From NCBI RefSeq assembly GCF_006345805.1, contig NC_043012.1:25420001-25484000 (forward strand): a stretch of 64,000 bases of DNA, written 5' to 3'. The first letter of the stretch is position 1; each line of letters starts with the position of its first letter. Source of the stretch: Octopus sinensis (taxonomy: Eukaryota). The position numbers and the translations under genes are program-made. This document shows positions 25,249 to 37,981 of the stretch, one piece after another. The notes under the pieces are model-generated. The model worked only from the letters and a program-made list of their open reading frames with translations, was not told the DNA's origin and searched no databases.

Positions 25249-25394
25249 GTATGTATATATATATATATGTATGTATATGTATGTAAATGTATGTATGTAT
25301 ATACATATATATATATATATATATTATATATGTATATATATATATATTGTATATATATATATGTAATATATATATATGTATATATATATGTATG

Positions 25395-25426
<32 letters not shown>

Positions 25427-25472
25427 TGTATGTATGTATGTATGTATGTATGTATGTATGTATACGTACATA
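25150..25472. repeat. (TA)n/(TATG)n microsatellite
   Basis: Direct inspection. Confidence 0.95.
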
Positions 25473-25869
25473 TACAGTGATAGACTGGCCAGGTTGCCAG
25501 CTTGCCCGATTGCAAATGGGCCCCTACGTCATTGGAATCCATATATTGGGGATCATGTTAGTATCCATACTCTCAAGTATGAGAATTTTTTATTCACTCT
25601 TGGAAGAATGCATTACTTCAGCCTGGCTGTATTTGTAGACAGTTGAAAAGTATACTTTTAACAAAGAAGAAAATAATAAATGCTAGCATTGTAGTTGCGG
25701 GTGGGTCCCCTTGTTGTTGCGGGTTAGTCTCTTGGCAACCAATAGTTTTAGACTCAGTGCGCCATGACACATACATATGTGTGTATCTGTCTGTCTGTCT
25801 GTGCGTGCTATTAGTGTGATTCTTTGCGTTGCTGTGACGGTGTACGTGTATGTATTGGTCCGCTCATGA

Positions 25870-26460
25870 GTGTATGGTCATTAGCTCTTGAGCGCTGATG
25901 ACAACGTATAATTCAGTATACACCTGTCGCATGGTCGAGTCCTCGGCGACTAAACATGCAACCCCATCAAGCTTGCTTGCTGAGGAGGAAGATTGTTGGA
26001 CGCTTTGCATGACGAAAACTAACACCCGTCAAAGGGCGGGAGAATTGTTGTGTAGTCAACGGCCAATACGACTAGTACCATGTCACGGTGAAGTGCTTGT
26101 GTGCTCCATTGACCCGGAGAGCTATGCTGGAGGGAGAGAAATCTTAAGGCAGGTCTTACCAAACCAGATATGTCGAAGGGTAGGAGGCAGACAAAACCTT
26201 AACGACAATAAATCGAAGCGTCGACACCAGGGCGTGGATTTAGTTATCGGCAGGGCCTAACAGATCAGATTCCTGGCTCTGAAATAGCAGGATGTCATGC
26301 AGAGAATCTTGACTACAAGACAATAGACGAGACCTTAATATTCTTAGTTAAATGGAAACTGCGGTACAACATGGAGCAGCGCCCTGTGACTCCTATAGTA
26401 TGCACAACCGAAGTCCCTAAAAGGGATGTCCTATAGGGCGACCTAGATGAGACGAGATTG
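25870..26460 (+). mobile_element. RTE-derived non-autonomous element (5'UTR-like part, no ORF2)
   Basis: TGCTCCATTGACCCGGAGAGCTATGCTGG...GTCGAAGGGTAGGAGGCAGAC resembles RTE-clade 5' UTRs. GC-rich and structured; boundaries approximate. Confidence 0.6.
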
Positions 26461-27277
26461 AGTGTAGGTGTGTATGCGTGTGCAGCAGCTCACCATTGTT
26501 CGTTTCTCTGTATGTAAAAAAACAATCTCCATCCCTGTGTAGACACCGTTAAAATGAGTATAAGATCGAAATCTACGTCTGTAAACATTCGTAAAATGTC
26601 TGCCCCGGGATGACCGTCATGTTACTTATGAATTCAATGAAACAATTAAAGAATATGATTTTTGTTATGACAAATTGCAAAACAATTCTGTATGTATGTA
26701 TGTATGTATGTATGTATGTATGTATGTATGCATATAAATATATATGTGTGTGTATGTATGTATATATGCCCTCAAATAAATTTTAGGGATGGAGAGGGCA
26801 TATTGCAAAATCTATAAGTAGTGTTGGCGTTATTGCTATTTTATAATTATTATTACTTAAGTGGTTTTTTTATTTTTTCAATATAAATGTTTATTTTTTT
26901 TTTAATCGTTGTTATGGCTTGGAAAACAAGGCGGCAAAAAACTAAAAAGAACAAAAAAATAGAGAGATGAAAAATTGCAGTCAGCTACAAAGTTCTTTAA
27001 TGGATGAAATTCACATGATTGCTGTGTAGGTTGCAGAAAGCTTTTAAGGAAATGCACATTGTTTAAAAAAATAGAAAGAAAAAACAAAACAATAACAGTC
27101 TAATAAAAAACACAACTAAAATACAGTAAAACGAAGGAGTAAACAAAAATAAATATATAAAAATTAAATAATTACATTTAATGAATATTGCTTAGCGTTA
27201 CGGAATATCTTCGTTTCTAAGAAGGAAAACTAAATAATATTTTGTGCGTATTTACGTCATTTATTATTGTTTTAATG

Positions 27278-27279
<2 letters not shown>

Positions 27280-27353
<74 letters not shown>
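27280..27353 (+). repeat. (ATT)n microsatellite
   Basis: Direct inspection. Confidence 0.97.
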
Positions 27354-27570
27354 CTTTGTTGTTGTAGCTGTTTGTCGTTCACTTTAATCCTGAAGACTGT
27401 TTCGATGTGAGATTTTGGTTATGAAGAGAACAAGAAAATAAATGGAAAAAAAAAAAACTTGTATCTTATAGAAAGCAGATACACAATCAAACATAAATAT
27501 TCCAGTGACACACCCGCATACACAAACCAAGACATATTTGTAGATATTGATGCATATGTATATATATATA

Positions 27571-27791
27571 CTCTCTTACTCTTAATTGTTTCAGTCATTT
27601 GACTGTGGTCATGCTAGAGCACCGCCTTTTAGTCGAGCAAATCAACCCCAGGACTTATTCTTTGTAAGCCCAGTACTTATTCTATCGGCTCTTTTGTCGA
27701 ACTGCTAAGTTACGGGGATGTAAACACACCAGCATAGGTTGTCAAGCGACGTTAGGGGCACAAACACACAAACATACACACGCACATACAT

Positions 27792-27824
<33 letters not shown>

Positions 27825-27986
27825 CATACGACGGGATTCTTTTTAGTTTCCGTCTACCAAATCCACTCACAAGGCTTTGGTCAGCCCGAGTCAATAGTAG
27901 AAGACACTTGCCCAAGGTGCCACGCAGTGGGACTGAACCCGGAACCATGTGGTTCGTAAGCAAGCTACTTACCACAAAGCCACTCC
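27571..27986 (-). mobile_element. SINE family A, full length
   Basis: Both modules and the internal microsatellite are present. Confidence 0.94.
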
Positions 27987-28017
27987 TTTGGCTGATGACA
28001 ACAGAGTAGAATCACTT

Positions 28018-28112
28018 CACATACATACATACATACATACATACATACATACATACATACATACATACATACATACATACATACATACATACATACATAC
28101 ATACATACATAC
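28018..28112 (+). repeat. (CATA)n microsatellite
   Basis: Direct inspection. Confidence 0.97.
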
Positions 28113-28449
28113 CTACATAAAAGACATGATTATGGTCTGTTCTCATCAGCGAAATTCATTTGCATCTTGTCCCACAGACAAATTGGACAGCACTTGCATT
28201 AATTGCTGGGCAGCTATGTTGAACTGGAAAGCACATCTCTGAAACCTGGCAGCCTTTGCTGCAGATCTCTGTCTAGAAGCACAATGCCAGCACAAGCACG
28301 TATCCCCTATTATAAGTTAATTTGCCTTCGTCTTCTAAGTGTAAATTGTAATTCCTAATCCTAATTGAAAACTTTGAAGTAATAGATATATAGAATTAAT
28401 GGCAGTTGAATATGTATACTGAAAATTACTACTAAGATCTTCATCTGCT

Positions 28450-29400
28450 TCCATAGATCGACGTTCATCTACCAGTATTCTTCAGTTGCTTGTAGTCTCG
28501 AAGGAGTAAGCTTGACAGCTGTTGTTAACCTAACATAAGTATTACCAAAAGTTTCGCGATTCCGCCTCTCACCTTTATTCAGTCTATTCATGTCGATCTT
28601 TCTAAGTTAAACGCGTTAAATGTGATAATACTCTTCGTTAGCCTGAAACTCTTGCAATTACTCACCCTACGGCGGATTATGTCTGCTATGACATTCTAGA
28701 CATCGTCAGATCGTGAGCAGTATTCCAGCTCACCCCGGTCTTCTATGCACTTACTCAGGATGTGCCACGGGATCCCTTTCTTATAGACACAAGGGAAACC
28801 CCGCTTATTTCACTATACTGTCATATCCTACTTCAATTAGAGACTTTTACTGACATGACTCAGTTCTCAGAAAAAAAAAAATTCTTTGCGTGTCACGATT
28901 TGAATTGGAATTCTTGGTGTCACATCTCCCAAAACTCGTTGACACATAGTTTCAATCAACGTTCCAACATCATTTCTAGTCAATTCTCTTCTTGCACATT
29001 GCCACAGCGAGATATTGCTAGTACGCCGGGTGAGCATCTATAAACGGGATTGAGATGCGAGTCTTCTGAATTGTATGTCAATAAAATTACGATTTGCTTC
29101 ACACACATTGTTTCAACATAAAATCTACAGCTCATCACCCAGGGAAGCTCTTCCATGAGGTAATAATCCTACTAGTATTCTTTACTTGTCTGTGGAACAA
29201 TGGCTTCCATACAATCGTTATGCATTGCACTCCCACCTATCCAGATTTCGATACAACCCAAAGAAACTATTGGCTCGCAGGAGTCGTATTATTGCAGCAC
29301 ATTACCTGTATTGGTCACCGTGAATTCCTCTAATACTCTTTTCAATCTTCCACTCAATATTTTGTTTAGGTATAGGTATTTGATATCAATCACACAGGAT
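28450..29400 (-). mobile_element. Degenerate RTE-like LINE relic
   Basis: Minus strand gives KILSGRLKRVLEEF (RT domains 1-2) and HILSKCIEDR...IADIIRRR (post-RT region). Many lesions. Confidence 0.4.
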
Positions 29401-29844
29401 ATGGTCCTTAAATTGGAATTAAATTTGAGTTTGAAAGACAGATGGAGCCATTTCCAAGTTAGGCCAGAGGTATAAAAATTGGAAAAATGCTACACAAACT
29501 ATCACTCTGTCACCGACAGTTACCCACGCACACATAAACAATCATAATTCTATTCATATGCGTGTGTATGTATATATAAGTAGTTTTAGGTGGGTATACG
29601 TGAGAGACATAAAGAGTGAGAGACATAAAGACAGACATTTAATAATTGAGAAGAGAAAAATAATTACAATATAGACGAAAGCTATTAGCTTGATTTGTAA
29701 TTAAACTCTAAAAATACTGCGGCGTTCATGTGGAATTAATAGTAATACGTGTGTAGCCTGTCATTGCTTGCATAATTTTTCATATGCATATACACGTGTG
29801 TGTGTGCGTGTGTGTGTGTGTGCGTGTGTCATGTATGAATGTAC

Positions 29845-29908
<64 letters not shown>

Positions 29909-29930
29909 TTATATACATACACACACACGC

Positions 29931-29963
<33 letters not shown>

Positions 29964-30305
29964 CGTGTGTGTGTGTGTGTGCGTGTGTGTGTGTGTGTGT
30001 GTATGTGTGTGTGTCTGCGTTTGTCACCTCGCTATCGCTTGACAACCGATCTTGGTGTGGTTACGTCCCCGTGTTTCGGTAAATGAGGCGGATAGAATAA
30101 CTACCAGGATTACTTGCTTATTTTTAAGCCTGGTACTTATTGTATCGAGTCCTTTTGCTGAAGAGGAAACAGCATAGAATGTAAGGTGGGAGTGGTAGGG
30201 GAACAAGGTCATGGACGGGGACACAATCACACACACAGACACATGCATAAACATATATGTATGTAGAGAGAGAGAGAGAGGGGGGGGAGAGAGAGAGTGA
30301 GAGAA

Positions 30306-30362
<57 letters not shown>

Positions 30363-30364
30363 CA

Positions 30365-30453
<89 letters not shown>

Positions 30454-30464
30454 ACATCTATATA

Positions 30465-31362
30465 TACGAGTGGGTAGCCAAAAGAAAGCGAGATTTTACA
30501 ATATTATGTTATTCACTTAGTTTTACACGTTTACACTTTTATCGTCTTGAAAGTATTCGCCATTTGAAGCAATGCAACAGTCCAGGCACGTTTTTCACTG
30601 TTCGAAGCAGTTCAGCAACTCATGCGAAGTGATACCTTTTAAAGCCTCCGTCGAATTTTCTTCACCTCTTCCACATATGCAAATTCCGTAGCTCAAACTC
30701 CCGTCACCAGTGATGACCTTCGAAAAAGTGTCCGGATCAGCTGTTTTTTTCAGTCCACGACACACAGTAAGTCATGACTGCTTTTGATCTTATGTGAGCA
30801 AGCGAGGCACACATTTTGCTGCAACTTTTTCATACGCAATTCTCGCTCAAAATTCGTTGACTGGAGCTCCAGGTCACACCGCTCATATCAACAACTTCGT
30901 CACATGTTCGGTGACGGTTGTCCAGGATCAGTTCACGAAGTTTCATGACGTTTTCATTCGTTAGGGAACTCGAATGTCATCCTGACTGAGGTTGGTCGCC
31001 AAGCGACAAGTTACCATAACTGGAGTGTGAAAACCACTCGTGAACATAAGATGTCCACTCGACAATGCCCTTGTCAGCTGTTTTAATCATGACATCTGTT
31101 TTAATCATTTCCCCCAGCAGAGAACAGAATTTCATGGAAGCACGATGTTCCTTCGTTTCAGCCATCGCAAAACTCGACCAACAGGGGAGAAGCAATACAA
31201 AGCAAAGAAGCATCACGTGGCGGTACGACTTCTTCCGATGACAATGGTGGATAGACTGATACCTGAGGGTCGCATCGAGTGGCTTCTAGATGTGGGAGCC
31301 TGAAATACAAAGGGTTTATCCCATACAGAACGTTTCTGGTTACTTTTGGCTGCGCCCTCGAA
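30465..31362 (-). mobile_element. Mariner DNA transposon, internally deleted
   Basis: TIRs TA-CGAGTGGGTAGCCAAAAG and CTTTTGGCTGCGCCCTCG. Minus strand gives EHRASMKFCSLLG...EWF...GDQPQSG (mariner HTH), KVITGD, and C-terminal GEYFQDD. Most of the catalytic domain is missing. Confidence 0.88.
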
Positions 31363-31445
31363 TATATGCATACAATTTCATATATATATATGTGTGTATA
31401 TACATAATACATATGTGTATATATGCATATACATATATATAATAT

Positions 31446-31487
<42 letters not shown>

Positions 31488-32112
31488 AACACACATGCAT
31501 ATATATAATATAGTATATACACGCACACACACACCGCAGATTGTATGACAACATCTCATTGAGGGGTCTAGAATAAATATTTAAATAGCCACTTAGCCCA
31601 ACATTTATTCCACAAATATAATAAATGGGCTAAGTAATAGATTTAGTATTGTAAAAATAAGATACAACATAAACGATTTGCAATCAACTATTAAACTCAT
31701 AAATCTCATCTGCTAAAGCAATTCCTAAATATATGCTCTATTTATGACGTTGCCATTAATTCTGTCACTTGCAGCTTTATTTCGTAGGTGTCACGTAGAT
31801 GATTTATTATCAAATGTTATAACTGTTTTCGAAAATACCATCCAATTTATTTATATTAATATTAAAAGATTCTCACAAGATACAGCAATGCAAATTATTT
31901 TCTTTTTTAGTCGATTGACTATCAGGAAAAGACAAATCAAATGTACTCACATATATCCAAATTCAACCATACAAACACTGACGGACAGAGGAACGTGTAC
32001 ATAAATGAATGTGAGTTCATCATATACATACATACGTACATACATCCATACATGTATACATACATACGTACATACATACAAACATACATACACACATATA
32101 TACATAAGTACA

Positions 32113-33900
32113 TAGATAGATAAATAGATAGATAGATAACTTTCTTTATTGGCCACACAGGGCTGGACACAGAAGGGACAAATACAAATGTAGAGCTTTT
32201 TTTTTCGAAGGCAAAAGAAAAAAAAAGGAAGCAAATGTAAAATTTCTATCAAAAGGGATCTGAAAGAAAAAAGAAACAAAAAAGAAAGCGATCAAAAGGA
32301 TCGTGTATCACAGAAAGAAAAATTCATTTTTTTTTTAAATAACAAACAAGATTAGGTTCATCCGTGGAGAGAAAAGCCTACAGAAAAGACCACGGTAATC
32401 TCAGGCAGGGAGGAAATAAACACATGAGAGCAAAGTGCTCTCTCTCTCTCTCCCTCTCTCTCTCTCTCTTACGATTTACAGAATCATGCTCAAGTGGCTT
32501 CGTACGCACCATCTTTGCTACATTCACCCAGCTTTTTTTTAAACTTCCACCAGACAAAACCCTGCCTCTCCATTCTAACCTTCCTTTTTGAAGTGGTACT
32601 AGAAAAAATTGATGAGCGATTGGCCAGAGAGGTAAGTGTTGATCTCTAATCCTTTTGCTCGAGTCCACCACACACATTCTTTAACCATAGCCACCAGTAC
32701 GATGAAAACTGCCTTGCCTTACCGGTTGAAGGAAGGGGGAGGTGCAACTTCAGACGATAGACTCGGCCGACAGGCGGACTCGTCCCACGCGTGACAGCAG
32801 CCGTTCGGCATAAGCCCACAGGTCCGAAATGTTTGGACACTGCACGAGTGCGTGCAGAACGGTTCCGTCGCTCTGACCGCTTCTCGGGCAAGTCGGTCCA
32901 GTGTGTCTCGAACCGTGCCTGTAGAGCTTATCCCGAACAGGTAATGCTTCTCGATAGCACTGCCAGGCCAGGGATCTTTGGTGATTGTCCATAGGTCCCG
33001 GCTCGAAGGTTGTCCTAAAGTGGCGGGTCAGGTGTTCCTCGTCGACGCCCAGATTCTGCCCGAGAACGTCGTCGCACCTCCCCTCCACTAATCCTCTATA
33101 GAACGCCTTTGTTGTAATGGAGTCGCACAAATTTGGTCCCGGACGGCAGAGTTGCTTGAGAGCAACGCGACACTCGCGGTGCCATTCACCTACTTTCTTG
33201 ATAACAAGCGCCAATCTTTCAGATCTGCGTTGAGCAGAGTGATGAGCCTGAAATTATCTATGATGTCCCCCTTGTTTTGATCTTTCTTTAGCAGTGCCAC
33301 TGCTCCTTGCTTTACAAAGGCGGGGATACTCCCGTTTTGCTGCCGGTTGCAGTAGACAGCTACCAAGACGCCTCCAAACAAGTCTGGCATATGACAATAG
33401 AGTTCGTAGGGCAAACCATCCAAGCCTGGTGACTTGTCGCTCGCGCAGCCTGCCTTCGCATCCCGTACGTCCGCGGCTGTGATGGGATTTTCACAACACT
33501 CCGCCTATTTTGCTGAGAGTCATGGCAGGGCATGCAGGTAGGCACTAAAGTCCACTTTGCGTTCTGATCCACCACTTGTCCCAAACAGTTGGGTTAAGTG
33601 TTGTTGAAAAGCCTCACACATCCTTTCAGGCTCGAGTAATTCGCGCCCCTGTTCATCTGTAAGTGACCTGATGGTGGCTCCGTTGCCTCGTTGCGTCTCC
33701 ACCACTCGCCCCCTCGGGCGGGTCCAATTCCTTCGTTCCTCAGAGCACGCATCCTAGCTCTGACAACGCATTATTCGTGTTTGGCATACCACTATCTGTT
33801 GTTGATGATAGCACCCGTCAAAGCTAATCCGGTCCCTGTAAGCCTGGCATGCCGTGGTGATCTCGGCCCTGGAGCTAGCGGGAATTTATCTCCCCAATAT
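32113..33900 (-). mobile_element. Tx1/L1-clade LINE, 5'-truncated and internally deleted, with 3'UTR and (TATC)n tail
   Basis: KSPGLDGLPYELY...NFRLITLLNADLK (RT N-terminus), then zf-RVT-like AWQCYREALPVRDKL...CPR...HALVQC. 3' end is GCCCTGTGTGGCCAATAAAGAAAG plus TATC repeats. Confidence 0.88.
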
Positions 33901-34756
33901 CGATATTAACAAGAATGTATTTTGCATGAAAAAGTGAGATTGTTCTGGTGGAGTATCGACATGTATGTGGGTATAAGTATTATTTCTTGGAATTAATACT
34001 ACCTCTGTGGCAAATATATATTTTAAATATATTTTATGTATTATATACCCGATATTTCTCTGCATAGTAATATGGGTAGATCTACAATAAAGGATTTAAA
34101 CTCCTACAATATATTTATTAAACCATTTGATAACATTCGAATGCAATTCTCTCATCATGTGCATATGTTCCTATTAGAAAATCTATTGCGTAACCCCATC
34201 AAAATTTGTCTGGCATACGATTTTAAAAGAAAAGTACTCTCTTTGTTATTTAAAAGTATAAATTTGGCTACCGATAGTTGAAAACCGCGCAGCGTTATTC
34301 TATTCAGAACATTTTAAAACTTTGAATGTATAAGAGGAATGCTTACGTACCAATAATACATTTCTTTATTCCACTAAATATCGATTATCATTCTTTCTAT
34401 AATTGAACTAAAATAAAACATATAGTTAAGCACATGGCGAGCTGTTTGAATGTCGACGCAATAAACACTGTTCTATTCAACTTAAAACATATCCAAATAA
34501 AAGGAATGTTGCATAAAAATATATTATGCACACCATCAATACATTTATGTAATTCTGTACACATAGATCTTTGAAAATATATAGGAGCTAAAATGATATA
34601 TATCATTGTTGTTAGTCGACAATCTGACAATTCTCCAACCATCCTATGATCAAGAATCTTTCCAATCTTTACTATCTGGCATCACATTTTGTCTGTATGA
34701 TTACATAAATTGTGGAGGTGCAATTTATGTAATCATACATAAATTATGTATGTGTT

Positions 34757-35035
34757 TAGGGCAGCGTACTCGCGGTCGAAGGATCGCAGTTTCGATTCCC
34801 AGACCGGGCGTTGTGTGTGTTTATTGAGTGAAAACATCTAAAAGCTTCACGAGGCTTCGGCAGGGGTTGGTGGCAACCCCTGTTGTACTCTTTCGCCACA
34901 ACTTTCTTCTGTTTCTTGAGTAACGCTGCGGTGGACTGGCGTCCCGTCCAGCTGGGGGGAACACATACGCCACAGAAACCGGAAAGCGGGCCCATGATGC
35001 TGGCTAGGCTTGAAAAGGGCGTAAAGAAAGAAAGA
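34757..35035 (+). mobile_element. SINE family C with a V-domain-like core
   Basis: tRNA-like GTTTCGATTCCC, and CTGCGGTGGACTGGCGTCCCGTCCAG resembling the V-SINE core. Confidence 0.85.
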
Positions 35036-35479
35036 TTACTTAAATTATGTTGACTTTTTAATATACAGTATGGCGTAATTTGAACGATCTGCTAACTCTT
35101 GCAGACCATGCGAATACTAAGAGATTGTCGCAAATAAATATATACCTGTCAAATCTCGTGGCTGTTCAAAGCGTAGAAGTTTGGGGAACCAAAACCAATT
35201 TTACCATTTTCAGACCCAGCACTTTTATTTCCCTTAAACCATTTTAGCGATTATTGTGCAGACTAGTGAGGAGGGGTGCATTTGTGACAATACCATTTCC
35301 ACCAGTCTATTCAGAATGGGTTTTATGTATGATTGTAGGAGAATCCGAGCTCTGAATTCCCGAAACTTTTGTGTAATAATCTTTGGGTTCCGTAGCACAT
35401 ATATTGGTCAAACTACAGTATAATATTTCGGTTAGCATGCTAAACGTGTCCTAAGCATCAGGAACTAAGATAATGCATA

Positions 35480-35695
35480 ATCTTGGTTTCAAATTTCGTT
35501 ACAGGGCCAGCGATTTCGGAATGGGGGTGTAATTTGATTATATTGACCCTAGTGCTCAATTCGTACTTATTTTATCGACCCCGGTGAGCTGAATGGCAAA
35601 GTCGACCTCGGCGGAATTTGAACCCAGAAGGTAAAGGCGGACGAAAGTAGATTTGCCTAGTGTGCTAACGATCCTGCCAGCATGCCACCTCAAGA
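35480..35695 (-). mobile_element. SINE family B
   Basis: Central domain and head on the minus strand. Confidence 0.88.
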
Positions 35696-35728
35696 TAATA
35701 ATAATAATGCATAATGTTGATTATTATT

Positions 35729-36079
35729 CTTTTCTACTCTAGGCACAAGGCCTGAAATTTTGGGGCGGGGGCTAGTCTAAATTCATCGACCCCGAAAGGA
35801 TGATAAGCAAATCGACTTCGGCGGAATTTGAACTCAGAACGTAAAGACAGGCGAAATACCTGTTTCTTTATTACCCACAAGGGGCTAAACAAAGAGGGGA
35901 CAAACAAGGACAGACAAACGGATTAAGTTGATTACATCGACCCCAGTGCGTAACTGGTACTTAAGTTATCGACCCCGAAAGGATGAAAGGCAAAGTCGAT
36001 CTCGGCGGAATTTGAACTCAGAACGTGAACGCTAAGCATTTCGCCCGGGGTTCTAACGTTTCCGCAAGCTTGCCGCCTT
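35729..36079 (-). mobile_element. SINE family B dimer with an 18-bp TSD
   Basis: ATAATGTTGATTATTATT at 35711-35728 and 36080-36097. Confidence 0.92.
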
Positions 36080-37614
36080 ATAATGTTGATTATTATTGTT
36101 TATGAACACTGACGTTTTGTGCACCAACTAAGAGATAGAATTTTGCATTCTGGTGGTAAATCGCAGGGAGGAAGAATATGAGTCAAACTGACAAATTCTA
36201 TATGAGAAAAGTAGGTGACGATGATAAAACTACAAGAAAAGCCTTTTAATTTTAAAGTCATACAGTTATGTCACTTAAACAAGTACAAAAGTGATAGAAA
36301 TATAGAAAAATGCTATCAACAAATTGAACATAAAAATAGAATATATGAAAGTTAGAAAAAAAACCCAATTATAAGGGAGATTATTATATGAAAAGTCGGT
36401 TGTGAAATGATTAGTAATGTAACAGATCACTAAGGGTTAAGGGAAAGATATGTAAGAAGTGATTGACAAGTCCCTTTTTGTCAAATAAATAAGTTGCATG
36501 ATAGCAATGAATTACTGAAAATTATATTTGTGGAAGAGTCGAGGTGGCATGACAAGAAATCAAATAGATTATATACAGATAGTACAATGATTTAGAGAGG
36601 GTGAAAATTGTATATTTGCCCCTGAAGATAATATCAATTTAGAATATAATACAATGGTAATTAAATTAGAAATCATAGTTAAGAAAATGAAAAGAGCTAA
36701 AGGACTTGGGCAAAAATACACAAACGCATGGAAACAAGCAGAATACAAAGAGAAGTATTATGTGGAAATACAACGCAAGTATGAATGTTTACAGAAGGAT
36801 AAAGTAACACTAGGAGAGAAATAATGAAGAGCAAACAGAAAATGTAATATGATTAAAATTTGCGTGTAAACATCACTAAAGAAAACTGCTCTGAAAAAGG
36901 TAAAAAAAAAGGGGGAAAATATGGATGACTAACGAAATTCTGTGTAAGTAGAAGAAATAGAGGAAAGAAAGACATTCAAGAATGGAGACGAGGATGGTTA
37001 TCACGCTATAAACAAAGATATAGTTTCTGGTTGTGGAGAAAACAAACAGCAAATAGCTGAGTGTCATATGCATTATTATTGTTGAAACAAATAATAACCA
37101 GCGTCAAGCTGAAGAAATATGTGGTAAAATAAATGAGATCGGTAACACCAAATACATGAGTAAACAGCGTGCTAATGTACAGGATGAAACGAGTTAGGGT
37201 GGATACATAAACGTTAGGAAAACCGGACAGGTTATGCCCCATTTCAGAGCAAACAACTGGGGAAAAAAAAAACAATAGTAAAAGAAGTAGAAAGGGCAAA
37301 AACGTTAATAGAAGAGAGCAAGGCAACTTGTGCAGATGAAATAACAACAGACACATTATAGAACAAATAATAGATTCCTGTAATGTAATATACAAGATTA
37401 GATAAAATATCAACTGTGATAAAACGATTTACCTTTGTTTCATTACTAATGAAACAAACCGCACAAGACAAAAGGAACTTAGAGCTATTAATCTAATGTG
37501 TCATGTGACTAGTTAAACGCTAAAGCACAATCCTCCAACAATTAATTATGCAACAACATTAAATGGAAAAAATTAAGGAAGTGCGAAATAATTTCAGACT
37601 ATGAGTGAGAAATA

Positions 37615-37762
37615 TTGCTTTCAAATTAAGTATTTTATCGACCCTCGAAAGAATAAAAGGCAAAGTCGATCCTATTGCATTTGAACTTGTATGTACGGAC
37701 AGATGAAATGCCGGTAAACTCTTTGTTCAGCGCACTAACGATGCTCCAAGGTCGCCGACGTA
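37615..37762 (-). mobile_element. SINE family B, older copy
   Basis: TTTATCGACCCTCGAAAGAATAAAAGGCAAAGTCGA plus head. Confidence 0.8.
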
Positions 37763-37779
37763 TGAATGAAAAATATTAA

Positions 37780-37981
37780 TTTCAAATTTTGGCACAAGAG
37801 CAGTAATTTTAGAGAAGGGTTAAGTCGATTACATCAACCCCCAGTAGTATACTGGTACTTATTTTATCGACCCCGAAAAGATAAAAAAAAGTCGACCTTG
37901 GTGGTATTTGTACTCAGAAGGTAAAAAAACGGACGAAATTCCGCTAAGCATTTCACCCAATTTTGCCAGGTCGCCGCATTG
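37780..37981 (-). mobile_element. SINE family B with a 17-bp TSD
   Basis: TGAATGAAAAATATTAA at 37763-37779 and 37982-37998. Confidence 0.88.

Noticed and set aside
8738-31559. Many YI/HT/CV-repeat ORFs
   Set aside because: They are translations of TA, CA and CATA repeats.
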